Below are positions 36,779 to 45,696 of a stretch of DNA of 64,000 nt, one piece after another (the first letter of the stretch is position 1; the number at the start of each line of letters is the position of its first letter). The notes below the pieces were generated by a model. It did not search any database, was not told where the DNA came from, and saw only the letters and a list, made by a program, of their open reading frames with translations. Source of the stretch: Aquificaceae bacterium (GTDB taxonomy: Bacteria > Aquificota > Aquificia > Aquificales > Aquificaceae). The DNA lies in assembly GCA_037925075.1 (NCBI GenBank), contig JAXSNR010000001.1:704001-768000 (forward strand). Reading direction: 5' to 3'. The position numbers and the translations under genes are program-made.

Positions 36779-38989
36779 TTAGAACTTGATGAAGGGCACG
36801 CCAAGGGCGTTGTTAGGTCCTACACCGCCAGCACCATTGAAGCTATTAAAGACCTTAAAGCAAAGACCCACTTGAGAACCGCTTCCTGGAAACTGTAAGC
36901 TGTTGGCACCAAGAATAAGGTATTCCCAAGTGTTTCCAGAGGGGCAGAAGGATACAGTTCCTCTGTTGGCGGCAGAGTCAAGGTAGTTGTAAAGGGCGTT
37001 GTTGTTGTTGGCAACATCACCAAAGGTTGGAGGATTTATCCCTGCACCTGCACCCACTATATTAACAGGAGTAACCGCGTCTGTGTTGTAGTTGACGTAG
37101 TTGTAGGTAAAACCACCTGGACCGGGTACAGGGGGTACAGGGTTAACGCATGCCCGGTCTGTTGGGCTATATATCTGCACAAGTTGACCAGCAAAAGCAG
37201 CACCACCACAGTTGGCTCCGTTAAAGTGTGCCTCCAAAACAGCGTTTTTAGGCGTAGGTGCGGCGTTGTGAGTATAGTGGCGTAGATTATTAGCTCCTCT
37301 CCTAATTACAAAGGCGTTGGTGATATTTCTGTCAAGGTTGTTTGAGAATACATCACCAGCAAGAGCATCACTATCTTCACCTTGGATCAGACATGTTGGG
37401 TTTCCACCCACCACAAAGCTAATAGAGGCTACTTGGTTGTCGTTAGTAGCTGCTGCACCAAAGCGGCTATTAGTGCTTATCATACCGATCAGTATGCTGT
37501 TTGTCCTTGTGTTCTTTACTCTTACAACGCCATTGTTCAAAGACACTACAAAGCTTGCTGCCAAAGTCTCCGTGTTTCCTACATTGCAATTCTGAGCACC
37601 ACCAGGAAGAGCAGCGGCTCCAAAAACTACTGCTGTGTGAGCATTGCTAAGTGACCTCACCGTAAGGTTTGGTGCAAACTGGAAGTAGGCAATTGCGGTA
37701 CCATTGGCTCCCCCTATCGCAAGGGCTCCGTTGTCAAGACCTATAACACTAAACACTGGTGTGTTTACCGCATTTGCCACGTTAATTGGATATCCTGCTC
37801 CTTGAACTACGCCCATGTTGTTAAGGGCCGCAACAAAACCTGTAGCTGCTGATATATTAGTGCCACAACTTGTTGCTGTTGCGTTGCGTGCACCCACAAA
37901 TAGGTTGTTGTTGGCATCCACATCAAAGGCGGCGATGGATGAAACACCAATGTTCCCAACCCTTATTTCTATGCCAGCAGCACCGCATTGAAAGGTGTTA
38001 CCATTTACTTGGAACTGTGTAACTGTGTTGCCAGAAACATTAAAGGCGGTCAGTGCACATGATACTTGCTGACCGGCGAGTATACCAGCACCAGCTACTT
38101 CTGGTGAGTTCATCACAACAAGGTATGAGCCGTTTGGAGCTTTGTTTATGATGGTTCTGTTGCCAAATTGATTTAGAGGGGAGGTGAATACTTGGACTAA
38201 GTCTCCGTTATCTGTGACAAGGTGTATGGGAAGTGATTTTGTGTTATCACCCACAAGGAATGTGGTGTAGGAGCCCGCGGGTCTGGTGGCGGTAACGTTG
38301 TCTATGCGAACTACTGGGTTTTGTCCATTTGATATGGCTTGTGCAAAAGTGCCGTCGCTTTTTACCACAAAGACGTTGGGGTTTGTGGCAGCATCTCGCA
38401 CAATGGCATAAGCGTTGTTTATTGCAAAGACATTCTGCCCGTTGATATCTTGAGCAACTTCAATCTGTTGAAACTGTGTTGCGGAGACTTTCTTCGCGGT
38501 GCAGTCCTTTGTCACAACATATCCGCCGTCTGTGGCGTTCATGAGGAAGTAAGGCCTGTTACGTACAAGCTCGTTGGTTACGTTTGCATAAGCATGTCCT
38601 GCAAAGGTGAGGCTTAGGTCCTTGGCGGTGGCGTTTGAAGCATCAACGCAAAAGACTTGGTTGGTTGCGGTTCTTACCAGTAGGTTGCTGTTGTTAAACT
38701 GGTATAGGACTGCGGTTATGTCCTTGCCCGCAAGGTCTTTTACCTCCACCTTGTTGCCAGATCCGTCCACAAAGTAGTATCTGTCTTGTCCGGCTCCTGC
38801 GGGGGAAAGCCTTGTAAAGACCGCGGGAGTACCTAGGCTTCCAACCGTGGGGGTGGTTGTGGTTGGCGTAGTTGTGGATGGTGGTGGGGTTGTGGTGGCG
38901 CTAGCGGTTCCACCACCGCCTCCGCAAGAGGCAACGAGTGCCCCCAAGCTTAGCACTGCTGATGCTAAGAGTAGGCTTTTCTTGCTCAT
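36779..38989 (-). CDS. Large Asn/Ala/Gly/Val/Thr-rich surface lipoprotein
   Basis: Lipobox LVAS-CGGGGG, Thr/Pro linker, beta-rich and Glu-poor body; no family recognised. Confidence 0.85.
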   Translation of the reverse strand: MSKKSLLLASAVLSLGALVASCGGGGGTASATTTPPPSTTTPTTTTPTVGSLGTPAVFTRLSPAGAGQDRYYFVDGSGNKVEVKDLAGKDITAVLYQFNNSNLLVRTATNQVFCVDASNATAKDLSLTFAGHAYANVTNELVRNRPYFLMNATDGGYVVTKDCTAKKVSATQFQQIEVAQDINGQNVFAINNAYAIVRDAATNPNVFVVKSDGTFAQAISNGQNPVVRIDNVTATRPAGSYTTFLVGDNTKSLPIHLVTDNGDLVQVFTSPLNQFGNRTIINKAPNGSYLVVMNSPEVAGAGILAGQQVSCALTAFNVSGNTVTQFQVNGNTFQCGAAGIEIRVGNIGVSSIAAFDVDANNNLFVGARNATATSCGTNISAATGFVAALNNMGVVQGAGYPINVANAVNTPVFSVIGLDNGALAIGGANGTAIAYFQFAPNLTVRSLSNAHTAVVFGAAALPGGAQNCNVGNTETLAASFVVSLNNGVVRVKNTRTNSILIGMISTNSRFGAAATNDNQVASISFVVGGNPTCLIQGEDSDALAGDVFSNNLDRNITNAFVIRRGANNLRHYTHNAAPTPKNAVLEAHFNGANCGGAAFAGQLVQIYSPTDRACVNPVPPVPGPGGFTYNYVNYNTDAVTPVNIVGAGAGINPPTFGDVANNNNALYNYLDSAANRGTVSFCPSGNTWEYLILGANSLQFPGSGSQVGLCFKVFNSFNGAGGVGPNNALGVPFIKF

Positions 38990-39021
38990 GTCTGTACCCT
39001 CCTTTAAAGGAATTTAAGACT

Positions 39022-39050
39022 ATTATAACAGAGCTTTTTTGCCCTGTCAA
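39022..39050 (-). promoter_or_regulatory. Consensus sigma70 promoter of the 736-aa lipoprotein gene
   Basis: Minus strand TTGACA (39050-45), N17, TATAAT (39027-22) with extended -10 TG; AAGGAGG SD at 39004-38998. Confidence 0.88.
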
Positions 39051-39099
39051 GTAGTATGTGGCTTTTTTTGACCAAAAGGTTCATCTAAAATATTAGCCT

Positions 39100-40236
39100 A
39101 TGAGGTTGATAAGGCTAAAAGGGGACTTTTCGGGAAGACTTTTTGATGAGGAGGTGCAAGGGAGTTCTGGCGACCTTTTTTTGGTGTTTGATGACACCGC
39201 AGAAAACCTTTTGAAAACACCCTACTTTTCTTCTCTCAAAAAGTCCGAAGAGAAGTCCATACTCTCAAAGCTTTTTAGACCCTATGAGGGTGAGCCCTTG
39301 CACGGCAAAAGTCTTCTCCTTTTCTTTGGTAGTGCCCTTGGGGATACCCTTGTTTTTTTGCCCGTTATAAGAAGAATAAGGGAGTTGTATGGGAGCTGTA
39401 AGCTGTATGTAACCGTTAGGCCCTTTGAGACGCATTTTTATTATGGTGTAAGGGAGGTGGATGGGCTTTTAAACAGGGTGCTAAACCTTAGGGATCTGCC
39501 ACCGGTGGATTATGTGGTGGATTTTTCGGGAATGGCTGGGCATAGGGACTTTTTGGAGCTTGGTATGCAACAGTACTACTGCAAGAGGCTTTTTTTGGAC
39601 TGGGAGAGCGTCCAGCCCAAGCACTACAAACTACCCATAAAGCCAGAAGCGACAAAGTCCATCACAAAGCTTTTAAAGGGGCTAAAAGCCTCAAAAAAGC
39701 CCTTGCTTTTGGTTTGCCCAAGAAGCCCTGCCTGGGTTAGGAGGCTTCCCTTTGAACTCTTGAAAAAACTTCCGGAGCTTCTGCCCCAATACAGGCTTTT
39801 GGTCGCCCAACCTCCAAAAGACCAGCCCTACACCCGAAGGCTTGCCTCCTTTGGTTATGCGGACCTTACACCCCATATGGTACATCTTGACCACTTTAAG
39901 GCTTTGGTTTCTCTCGTGGATGTGGTGCTTAGCGTGGATACGGGTTGCTTTCATATTGCGGGTTCTTTGGAAAAGCCGGTGGTGGCTGTTTTTAACACCT
40001 TTGAGTGTTCTCATAGGAACTACTACCCAAAAGCCCTCTGCTATCAGGTTAGCTATAAGTCTTTTCTCTGTGAGTCCCCCTGTAAGATAAGCTTTGTGTC
40101 CGCCACAAAGGAAAACCCGGAGGGCATGTGCCAAACCGCCCTCCTAAACAGGCACGTCTACAAGGACGCACCCCCCTGTATGCACAGCATAGACCCAAAA
40201 GCCCTGGCGTCTATGATAGAGTCCTTAACTTCCTAA
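39100..40236 (+). CDS. Glycosyltransferase family 9 (heptosyltransferase-like)
   Basis: SALGDTL..LP.IR, D.VLSVDTG..HIAGSL.KP.VA.F, C-terminal Cys cluster. Confidence 0.82.
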   Translation: MRLIRLKGDFSGRLFDEEVQGSSGDLFLVFDDTAENLLKTPYFSSLKKSEEKSILSKLFRPYEGEPLHGKSLLLFFGSALGDTLVFLPVIRRIRELYGSCKLYVTVRPFETHFYYGVREVDGLLNRVLNLRDLPPVDYVVDFSGMAGHRDFLELGMQQYYCKRLFLDWESVQPKHYKLPIKPEATKSITKLLKGLKASKKPLLLVCPRSPAWVRRLPFELLKKLPELLPQYRLLVAQPPKDQPYTRRLASFGYADLTPHMVHLDHFKALVSLVDVVLSVDTGCFHIAGSLEKPVVAVFNTFECSHRNYYPKALCYQVSYKSFLCESPCKISFVSATKENPEGMCQTALLNRHVYKDAPPCMHSIDPKALASMIESLTS

Positions 40237-41956
40237 GGACTGCCATACCAAAAACAAAAAGCCAAGCCCATAGGTTGGAAGAAGCACCCGCATTACAACC
40301 ACCACCTCCACCGCTTTCAACGGGTGGGTTTAGGTTTTCAAGGATAACTATGGGGTCCTCTATAAATAGATCCGTGCTGTCAGCGTCGTAGATAGAGTTG
40401 TCGTATATCACAAAGGTTATGGTGGAGCCCAGTATGCTAACCTGGGATGTTATGTCGTAGATTTGATTTCCCACAAGTTTATAAACCCTGCTACCCGCGG
40501 GTATACGGGTTGGTAAAATCAACCTTACGGTGGCAAGGCGAGCTATATTAGCCACCTGAACCCTTATTCTAAAAGCAGGGTAGTTTATGGCATAGCCCGG
40601 TGGTGGGCTTACTGGCGGTTGAAAGCTCTCAAAGGCAAGTATGTTGGCGTCTGTTTGTAAAAGGATGCTACCTGCTGGTGAGGTTGTGCTGGAATAGTAT
40701 GGGAGTGGTGGTAGGTTGTCGGGTAGTGGTGGCGGTGGCTGGTTATCAGGTGGCGGCTGTTGGCTTTGAGATTGCTTGAACTTTGCGGTGCAGGTTTTGT
40801 CCGCGGCTATGTTTGTTAGTATGCATGTGGCGTTGGTGCAAGAAGAACAATCCCCAAGCCACCCGTCAAACTCATACCCAGAACTTGGATTGGCAGTAAG
40901 GCTAACATCTGCCCCATGCTCGTATTCTCCATCGCCTGATACGGTACCCGAGCCCGAGGGTTGGACGCCAACGGATACATTGTAAAGTGCCTCAAAGGCT
41001 CCTGCGTCGCATTTTTTGTTGTTTTTGTTCCTGTCTTTGCCCCTTTGGTCTTTGGTGATATCAACTACTAATATGTCCGTGCAATCTGTCACGGAGTTTA
41101 TAGCAACAGAAGATGAGTTTAGTTTGTAAACTCTTGTGCTTCCTCCATGATAGTCAAGCGTATCAAGGGCTAATTCCTGCTGTGTCTTTTGGGTAAAGCC
41201 CGTACATCCCCCTATACTTGTGCTATAAAGCACGCCAAAGCCTTGCACCGTGCCAGCACAAAGATTGCCCGTGTGGTCAAAGATGGAGTTTTTGACTTGC
41301 AAGGTGCCACCAGCTTGTGCCAAAGCGTCTGCGGAGTTCCCGCTTGCGGTGATAAAGGCTATTCGTGTTATCCCTGCGTTGTTATAGACTATACTGCCTG
41401 CGGGTGCGGTGTTGTTGGCAAAGGTGCAGTTGGTTATCTCCACAGTTCCCCCGTTGTTGTAGATGGTGCCGTTGCCTGTAGCGTTGTTGTAACCTATAAA
41501 GGAGTTTGAAATTTTGAGGGTCCGCCCTGAGCCAACCGCAACCACCGAGCCGTTGGTCGTACTACGCCCATTGATAAGGTTTAAGTTCCTTATCTCCAAA
41601 GTGCCACTGCCTGTTAGTGTAAAGAGCTGAACCGTATTATTCCCACTTATACTGACCCTTACACCAGAGCCATCAATGGTGAGATTGCCACCCGTAAAAT
41701 CGACTGACAAAGAAGATGAGAGCGTGATAACCTGCCCGTTTAGGCTTTGTGCAAAATTGATAGTATCATTTCCAAGAGTCCCTTGCACTTGACATTCTGT
41801 ATAGGTTGAAATACTGTTAGTGTTGGCGATTTTCAAAGCTTCCCTTAAATTGCATTTACCATCGCCGGGATTATCACTGTCCCCCGCATCATCAACGGTG
41901 ATGGTCGCAGAAAAGCTTATGGCTATCAAGCTTAGTAAGACAAGTAAGTATATCAT
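40211..41956 (-). CDS. CSLREA-domain adhesin-like protein with GGGGGC-TM-basic C-terminal sorting signal
   Basis: Signal peptide (start 41956 after GGAGG), CNLREA, beta-helix-like repeats, DQRG..R..CD.GAFE, GYEFDGW.GDC repeat domain, Pro linker, ends SGGGGGCNAGASSNLWAWLFVFGMAVLRKLRTLS. Confidence 0.85.
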   Translation of the reverse strand: MIYLLVLLSLIAISFSATITVDDAGDSDNPGDGKCNLREALKIANTNSISTYTECQVQGTLGNDTINFAQSLNGQVITLSSSLSVDFTGGNLTIDGSGVRVSISGNNTVQLFTLTGSGTLEIRNLNLINGRSTTNGSVVAVGSGRTLKISNSFIGYNNATGNGTIYNNGGTVEITNCTFANNTAPAGSIVYNNAGITRIAFITASGNSADALAQAGGTLQVKNSIFDHTGNLCAGTVQGFGVLYSTSIGGCTGFTQKTQQELALDTLDYHGGSTRVYKLNSSSVAINSVTDCTDILVVDITKDQRGKDRNKNNKKCDAGAFEALYNVSVGVQPSGSGTVSGDGEYEHGADVSLTANPSSGYEFDGWLGDCSSCTNATCILTNIAADKTCTAKFKQSQSQQPPPDNQPPPPLPDNLPPLPYYSSTTSPAGSILLQTDANILAFESFQPPVSPPPGYAINYPAFRIRVQVANIARLATVRLILPTRIPAGSRVYKLVGNQIYDITSQVSILGSTITFVIYDNSIYDADSTDLFIEDPIVILENLNPPVESGGGGGCNAGASSNLWAWLFVFGMAVLRKLRTLS

Positions 41957-41975
41957 AGTTGTCACCTCCCTTTCT

Positions 41976-42647
41976 TTATCTGCATTGGTCTTGTTCTCCG
42001 TAGTCCGCAAGTCTTATAGCAAGGCTGTATTTTATGGTTTTTTTCTTGCCAGAGTATATTTCCACCACATCAAACTCAAAGTTTGCCAAGGCATTGCAGA
42101 TGCTGGGGTATGAAGCTCTTTGAAGGAGTGTTGGACACCCATCTTGGTTTATGTATATGTAATTTATTATTTCCGTGATTGCTATTTTCATATCTTGTGT
42201 TATGGGCTGTATGGTCACGGTGGAATCGCCAGTAGGCTGTAAAACCGCACCTACGGGAAATTCATATATGCCGGGTATACAACCTGTAAAGCTAACCTTG
42301 TACTTTTCCACAAGGACTGGGGAGGGAAGTTCCACCACCGGCTCTCCTTTGACGTTTTTTAGAGGCTCAACATTAAAGGTAATATCCACGTTTTCTGCTC
42401 TGTATACCGCGCCAATACAAACATCGTTTGCGACTGCAATAGCGTTGCAACCTGTGGAAGGAGCAGAGAGGACTGGTGCCTGTACTGGTGTATGGATAAC
42501 CACATCGCTTTCCAGTGGGTTTGGTTGTGCGTTGGCTATAACCACCGTCACCGTGTCAAAGGTTGGGGTATAGTCGGACAGTCCTGTGCCACCGCAAGAA
42601 AAGGCACCTAAAACTATGGGCATGCTCGCAACCGCAAGCTTTTTCAT
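41976..42647 (-). CDS. Hypothetical lipoprotein
   Basis: AAGGAGG SD, lipobox GAFS-CGG. Confidence 0.78.
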   Translation of the reverse strand: MKKLAVASMPIVLGAFSCGGTGLSDYTPTFDTVTVVIANAQPNPLESDVVIHTPVQAPVLSAPSTGCNAIAVANDVCIGAVYRAENVDITFNVEPLKNVKGEPVVELPSPVLVEKYKVSFTGCIPGIYEFPVGAVLQPTGDSTVTIQPITQDMKIAITEIINYIYINQDGCPTLLQRASYPSICNALANFEFDVVEIYSGKKKTIKYSLAIRLADYGEQDQCR

Positions 42648-42680
42648 TTTTCCCTCCTTTTGCTATTATATGATTATAAT

Positions 42681-43766
42681 ATGTCACCTCAAGCTCTAAG
42701 CAAGGTCAAATATGGCAGTTTCCTAAAAGGCAATCTACTAAAAGGTAGGGTAGACCAGTACGAGCTTTCTCTGGTTTTGGTTGAGCTTTCTACCCTTATG
42801 GCTTCTGGGCTTTCCTTGATAAACGCCCTTAGGTTGATAAAAGACCAGACCTCCAACAGGGCTATAAAGGACGGCTTAGATAAGGTAATGCAGGAGATAG
42901 AGAAAGGCAGAAGCCTATACAGAGCCTTTTCTGAGGCTGGCATCTTTCCAGAGTTTTTTATTGAGATGTTAAGAACCGCAGAAAGCGGAGAAAACCTTAA
43001 ACAGGTGCTAAAAATAGCAGGCCAGTATCTTCAAAAAACAGTGGAAGCAAGAGCCAAGTTTTTTACAGCAATCGCCTATCCGATTTTTGTAATATTTGCA
43101 AGCCTCTTGGCAGTCCTTGTGGTGGTCAAGGTGGTGGTGCCAAAGATTGCCGGCGTCCTCGAAAGCCTTGGGAAAGAATTACCCCTTATAACAAAAGCCC
43201 TTGTGCTTTTTTCTGTTTTTCTTTCCTATTTTGTGTATCTTATCCCAATCCTTGCGGTGCTATATGTTTTCAGGCACAGGTTCATAAAAAAAGAGTTTTG
43301 GGATAGGTATATGCTTGGTGTCCCCATTCTTGGGAGGCTTTCCCTCTATTACAACCTTTCTCGTTTTGCAAGCAGTCTTTACATGTCCCTTTCTTCCAAC
43401 ATCCCCATTACAAGAGCCATAGCACTTAGCTTGGGTAGTATATCCAACGTCTATCTTAGGGCTTCTCTAATTGGTGTGGAGCAAGAGGTGGCAAAGGGAA
43501 AGAGCCTTAGCCTTGCCTTGAGGGAAAGGAGGGTGCTTCCTGAGACCTTTCTTAACCTTCTTGCCATGGGAGAGCGTAGCGGTGAGTTGGAAAAGAGCCT
43601 TATGATGATTTCTGAGCTTTATGAACGTCAGGCGGAGAGGGTGATTTCCTTTTGGCTTAGGTTTGCGGAGCCTTTGGCTATGCTTGTGGTGGGTGCCTTG
43701 GTGGCTGTGGTAGTCCTTAGCGTGGTTTTGCCCCTTTCCGAGATATCCGCGGGCGTAAGAAGATAG
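42681..43766 (+). CDS. gspF: Type II secretion inner-membrane platform protein GspF
   Basis: L.TL..SGL.L..AL, G.SL..A, ESG.L, AI.YP, GE.SGEL, EP; start ATG 42681 preferred. Confidence 0.9.
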   Translation: MSPQALSKVKYGSFLKGNLLKGRVDQYELSLVLVELSTLMASGLSLINALRLIKDQTSNRAIKDGLDKVMQEIEKGRSLYRAFSEAGIFPEFFIEMLRTAESGENLKQVLKIAGQYLQKTVEARAKFFTAIAYPIFVIFASLLAVLVVVKVVVPKIAGVLESLGKELPLITKALVLFSVFLSYFVYLIPILAVLYVFRHRFIKKEFWDRYMLGVPILGRLSLYYNLSRFASSLYMSLSSNIPITRAIALSLGSISNVYLRASLIGVEQEVAKGKSLSLALRERRVLPETFLNLLAMGERSGELEKSLMMISELYERQAERVISFWLRFAEPLAMLVVGALVAVVVLSVVLPLSEISAGVRR

Positions 43767-43781
43767 CCTTATAATTTTTCC

Positions 43782-44183
43782 ATGAGACAAAAAGGTTTTA
43801 CACTGATAGAGCTTTTGGTGGTTATCATCATCCTTGGCATCCTTGCGGCCATTGTGGTTCCCCGTATAACGGGCAGGGTGGATGAGGCAAAGGTAGAAGC
43901 CACAAGGGTACAGCTAAAAGCCGTAAAGGACGCCCTTGAACAGTACAAGCTGGACAACGGCTTTTATCCCACCACGGAGCAAGGGCTTAGGGCTCTTGTG
44001 GAAAAGCCCGCCACACCACCAAACCCCACAAGGTGGAGGCAGTACTTGGACAAGGTGCCAAAGGACTCATGGGACAGAGAGCTTATATACATGTCTCCGG
44101 GTATTGGAAGGCCCTTTGAGCTTAGGTCTATGGGTCCAGACGGTAAAGAGGGCACAGAGGACGACATAGATGTTTGGAAATAA
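43782..44183 (+). CDS. gspG: Major pseudopilin GspG
   Basis: KG/FTLIELLVV, YKLDNG.YPTTEQGL.AL, PKD.W, S.GPDG.EGTEDDI. Confidence 0.96.
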   Translation: MRQKGFTLIELLVVIIILGILAAIVVPRITGRVDEAKVEATRVQLKAVKDALEQYKLDNGFYPTTEQGLRALVEKPATPPNPTRWRQYLDKVPKDSWDRELIYMSPGIGRPFELRSMGPDGKEGTEDDIDVWK

Positions 44184-44454
44184 GGGCTTTACACTTCTTG
44201 AGCTTATGGTTGCCATAGTGGTGCTTGCGGTGGGCTTTTCTGTGGTTTTTGAGGTCCTATCAAAGGCAAGGCTTGATTACGCACAGGCTAACAGCCTTGA
44301 AAGGGATATGATAGAGCTTAACAAGGCCCTTTTGGAGGGAAAAACGGAGGACCTCCTGTCTCAGGCAAGAACCCTTGAAGACTACCCACAGGTGGAGGAG
44401 GTCTCATACAGGCTTGGCTCTGCGGAGTTTTTCCTGTATGGGCTTAAAAAATGA
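44170..44454 (+). CDS. gspI: Minor pseudopilin, GspI-like
   Basis: KG/FTLLELMVA prepilin site, short protein, follows gspG. Confidence 0.7.
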   Translation: MFGNKGFTLLELMVAIVVLAVGFSVVFEVLSKARLDYAQANSLERDMIELNKALLEGKTEDLLSQARTLEDYPQVEEVSYRLGSAEFFLYGLKK

Positions 44455-44933
44455 AAAGGGGCTTTACCCTTCTTGAGGTGCTTCTTGTGGTGGCCCTTAT
44501 GGGCGTGTTCTTTGGGGTGCTTTCTTATGGCTTTTACTCCTCTGTGAGAAACTCCTACCTCCTTATGGAGTCTGCGGAGGCAACAAGGGAAGAGGTAATG
44601 CTCTTTTGGAACCTTCAGAGAAAGCTAACCGGTGCCCAAGACCTTTATCTCAAAAGGGATGCCCTTTTTATGACCACCACCGCAGGGGACTACTACCAAG
44701 GGGTTGTAAAGTGTGCCTATCTGTACAAGGATGGCTGGCTTTACTACTATGAGTTCCCGTACCCTTACGGAGACATAACCTTTTACGAAGAGGACAAGCT
44801 TATAAGGCTTGGAAGGTTCAAAGAGCTGTCCTTTAGGGCCTTTGCGGGAGGGCAGTTTTTGGAGGAATTCAGGGGCAAGCCCAATTGGGTGGAGATAAAA
44901 GGTGAAGGAAGGGTCCTTATGGTAGCCCCTTAG
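44451..44933 (+). CDS. gspJ: Minor pseudopilin, GspJ-like
   Basis: RG/FTLLEVLLV prepilin site, position in operon. Confidence 0.7.
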   Translation: MKRGFTLLEVLLVVALMGVFFGVLSYGFYSSVRNSYLLMESAEATREEVMLFWNLQRKLTGAQDLYLKRDALFMTTTAGDYYQGVVKCAYLYKDGWLYYYEFPYPYGDITFYEEDKLIRLGRFKELSFRAFAGGQFLEEFRGKPNWVEIKGEGRVLMVAP

Positions 44934-44949
44934 GTTATAATATTATCAA

Positions 44950-45696
44950 ATGCGGATTTTCTACCCTCTATACTTGTTTTCCCTTGCTTTGCTTATGCTT
45001 GCGTATGTTTCCTTTGTAAGTAGCAGGGTGGAGGTACCTCAGCTTGTGAGGGAAGAGGTTCAAACCCAAAGCCTTTTTGCAAAGTTTGAAGGTTTGTATC
45101 CAAAGCAAGTAAAAGAGGAGGAAAAGGTGCCCACCGTAAGCCTGATCGCAACCGCCACTGGCTACGTCCCTCTTGCCCTTGCGGAGGTGGACGGACAGAC
45201 AAAAACCCTCAGAATTGGTTCTCAGGTGGGTGGCTACAAGGTGGCTTCCATAGAAAGAAACTATATATTGCTTTCAAAGGGTGAAAAGAAGCTTGCGGTG
45301 GGCTTTACCTTTGGTCCAAAACCCACTCCACAGCAAACCTCTTCTCAGGGAGCTTCTTTGCCGCAGGCAAGCAGAAGCCTTCAAGCAAGCCTTCCAAAGG
45401 GAGAGTTAGAACGCATAACCTCAGACCCCGGGATCATGTTTAGGATGATAAGGCTTGTGCCCTTTGTGCAAGAAGGAAGAACCAAAGGCTTCCTCTTTGA
45501 GTGGGTGGAGCCGGGTAGTATTTTTGAAAGGGCTGGCATAAAGGTTGGGGATGTTTTGCTTTCTATAAACAACCAAGAGATAAAAAGTGGTGAGGACGCC
45601 TTTAGGATCTTACAGGTGCTTAGAAACGAAAACAGTATAAAATTGAACCTACAAAGAGGAAATGAGATTTTAGAACTTTCTTTGAGGGTGGAATGA
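44950..45696 (+). CDS. gspC: Type II secretion protein GspC with PDZ domain
   Basis: TM, HR-like domain, PDZ (GI..GD....IN). Confidence 0.85.
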   Translation: MRIFYPLYLFSLALLMLAYVSFVSSRVEVPQLVREEVQTQSLFAKFEGLYPKQVKEEEKVPTVSLIATATGYVPLALAEVDGQTKTLRIGSQVGGYKVASIERNYILLSKGEKKLAVGFTFGPKPTPQQTSSQGASLPQASRSLQASLPKGELERITSDPGIMFRMIRLVPFVQEGRTKGFLFEWVEPGSIFERAGIKVGDVLLSINNQEIKSGEDAFRILQVLRNENSIKLNLQRGNEILELSLRVE

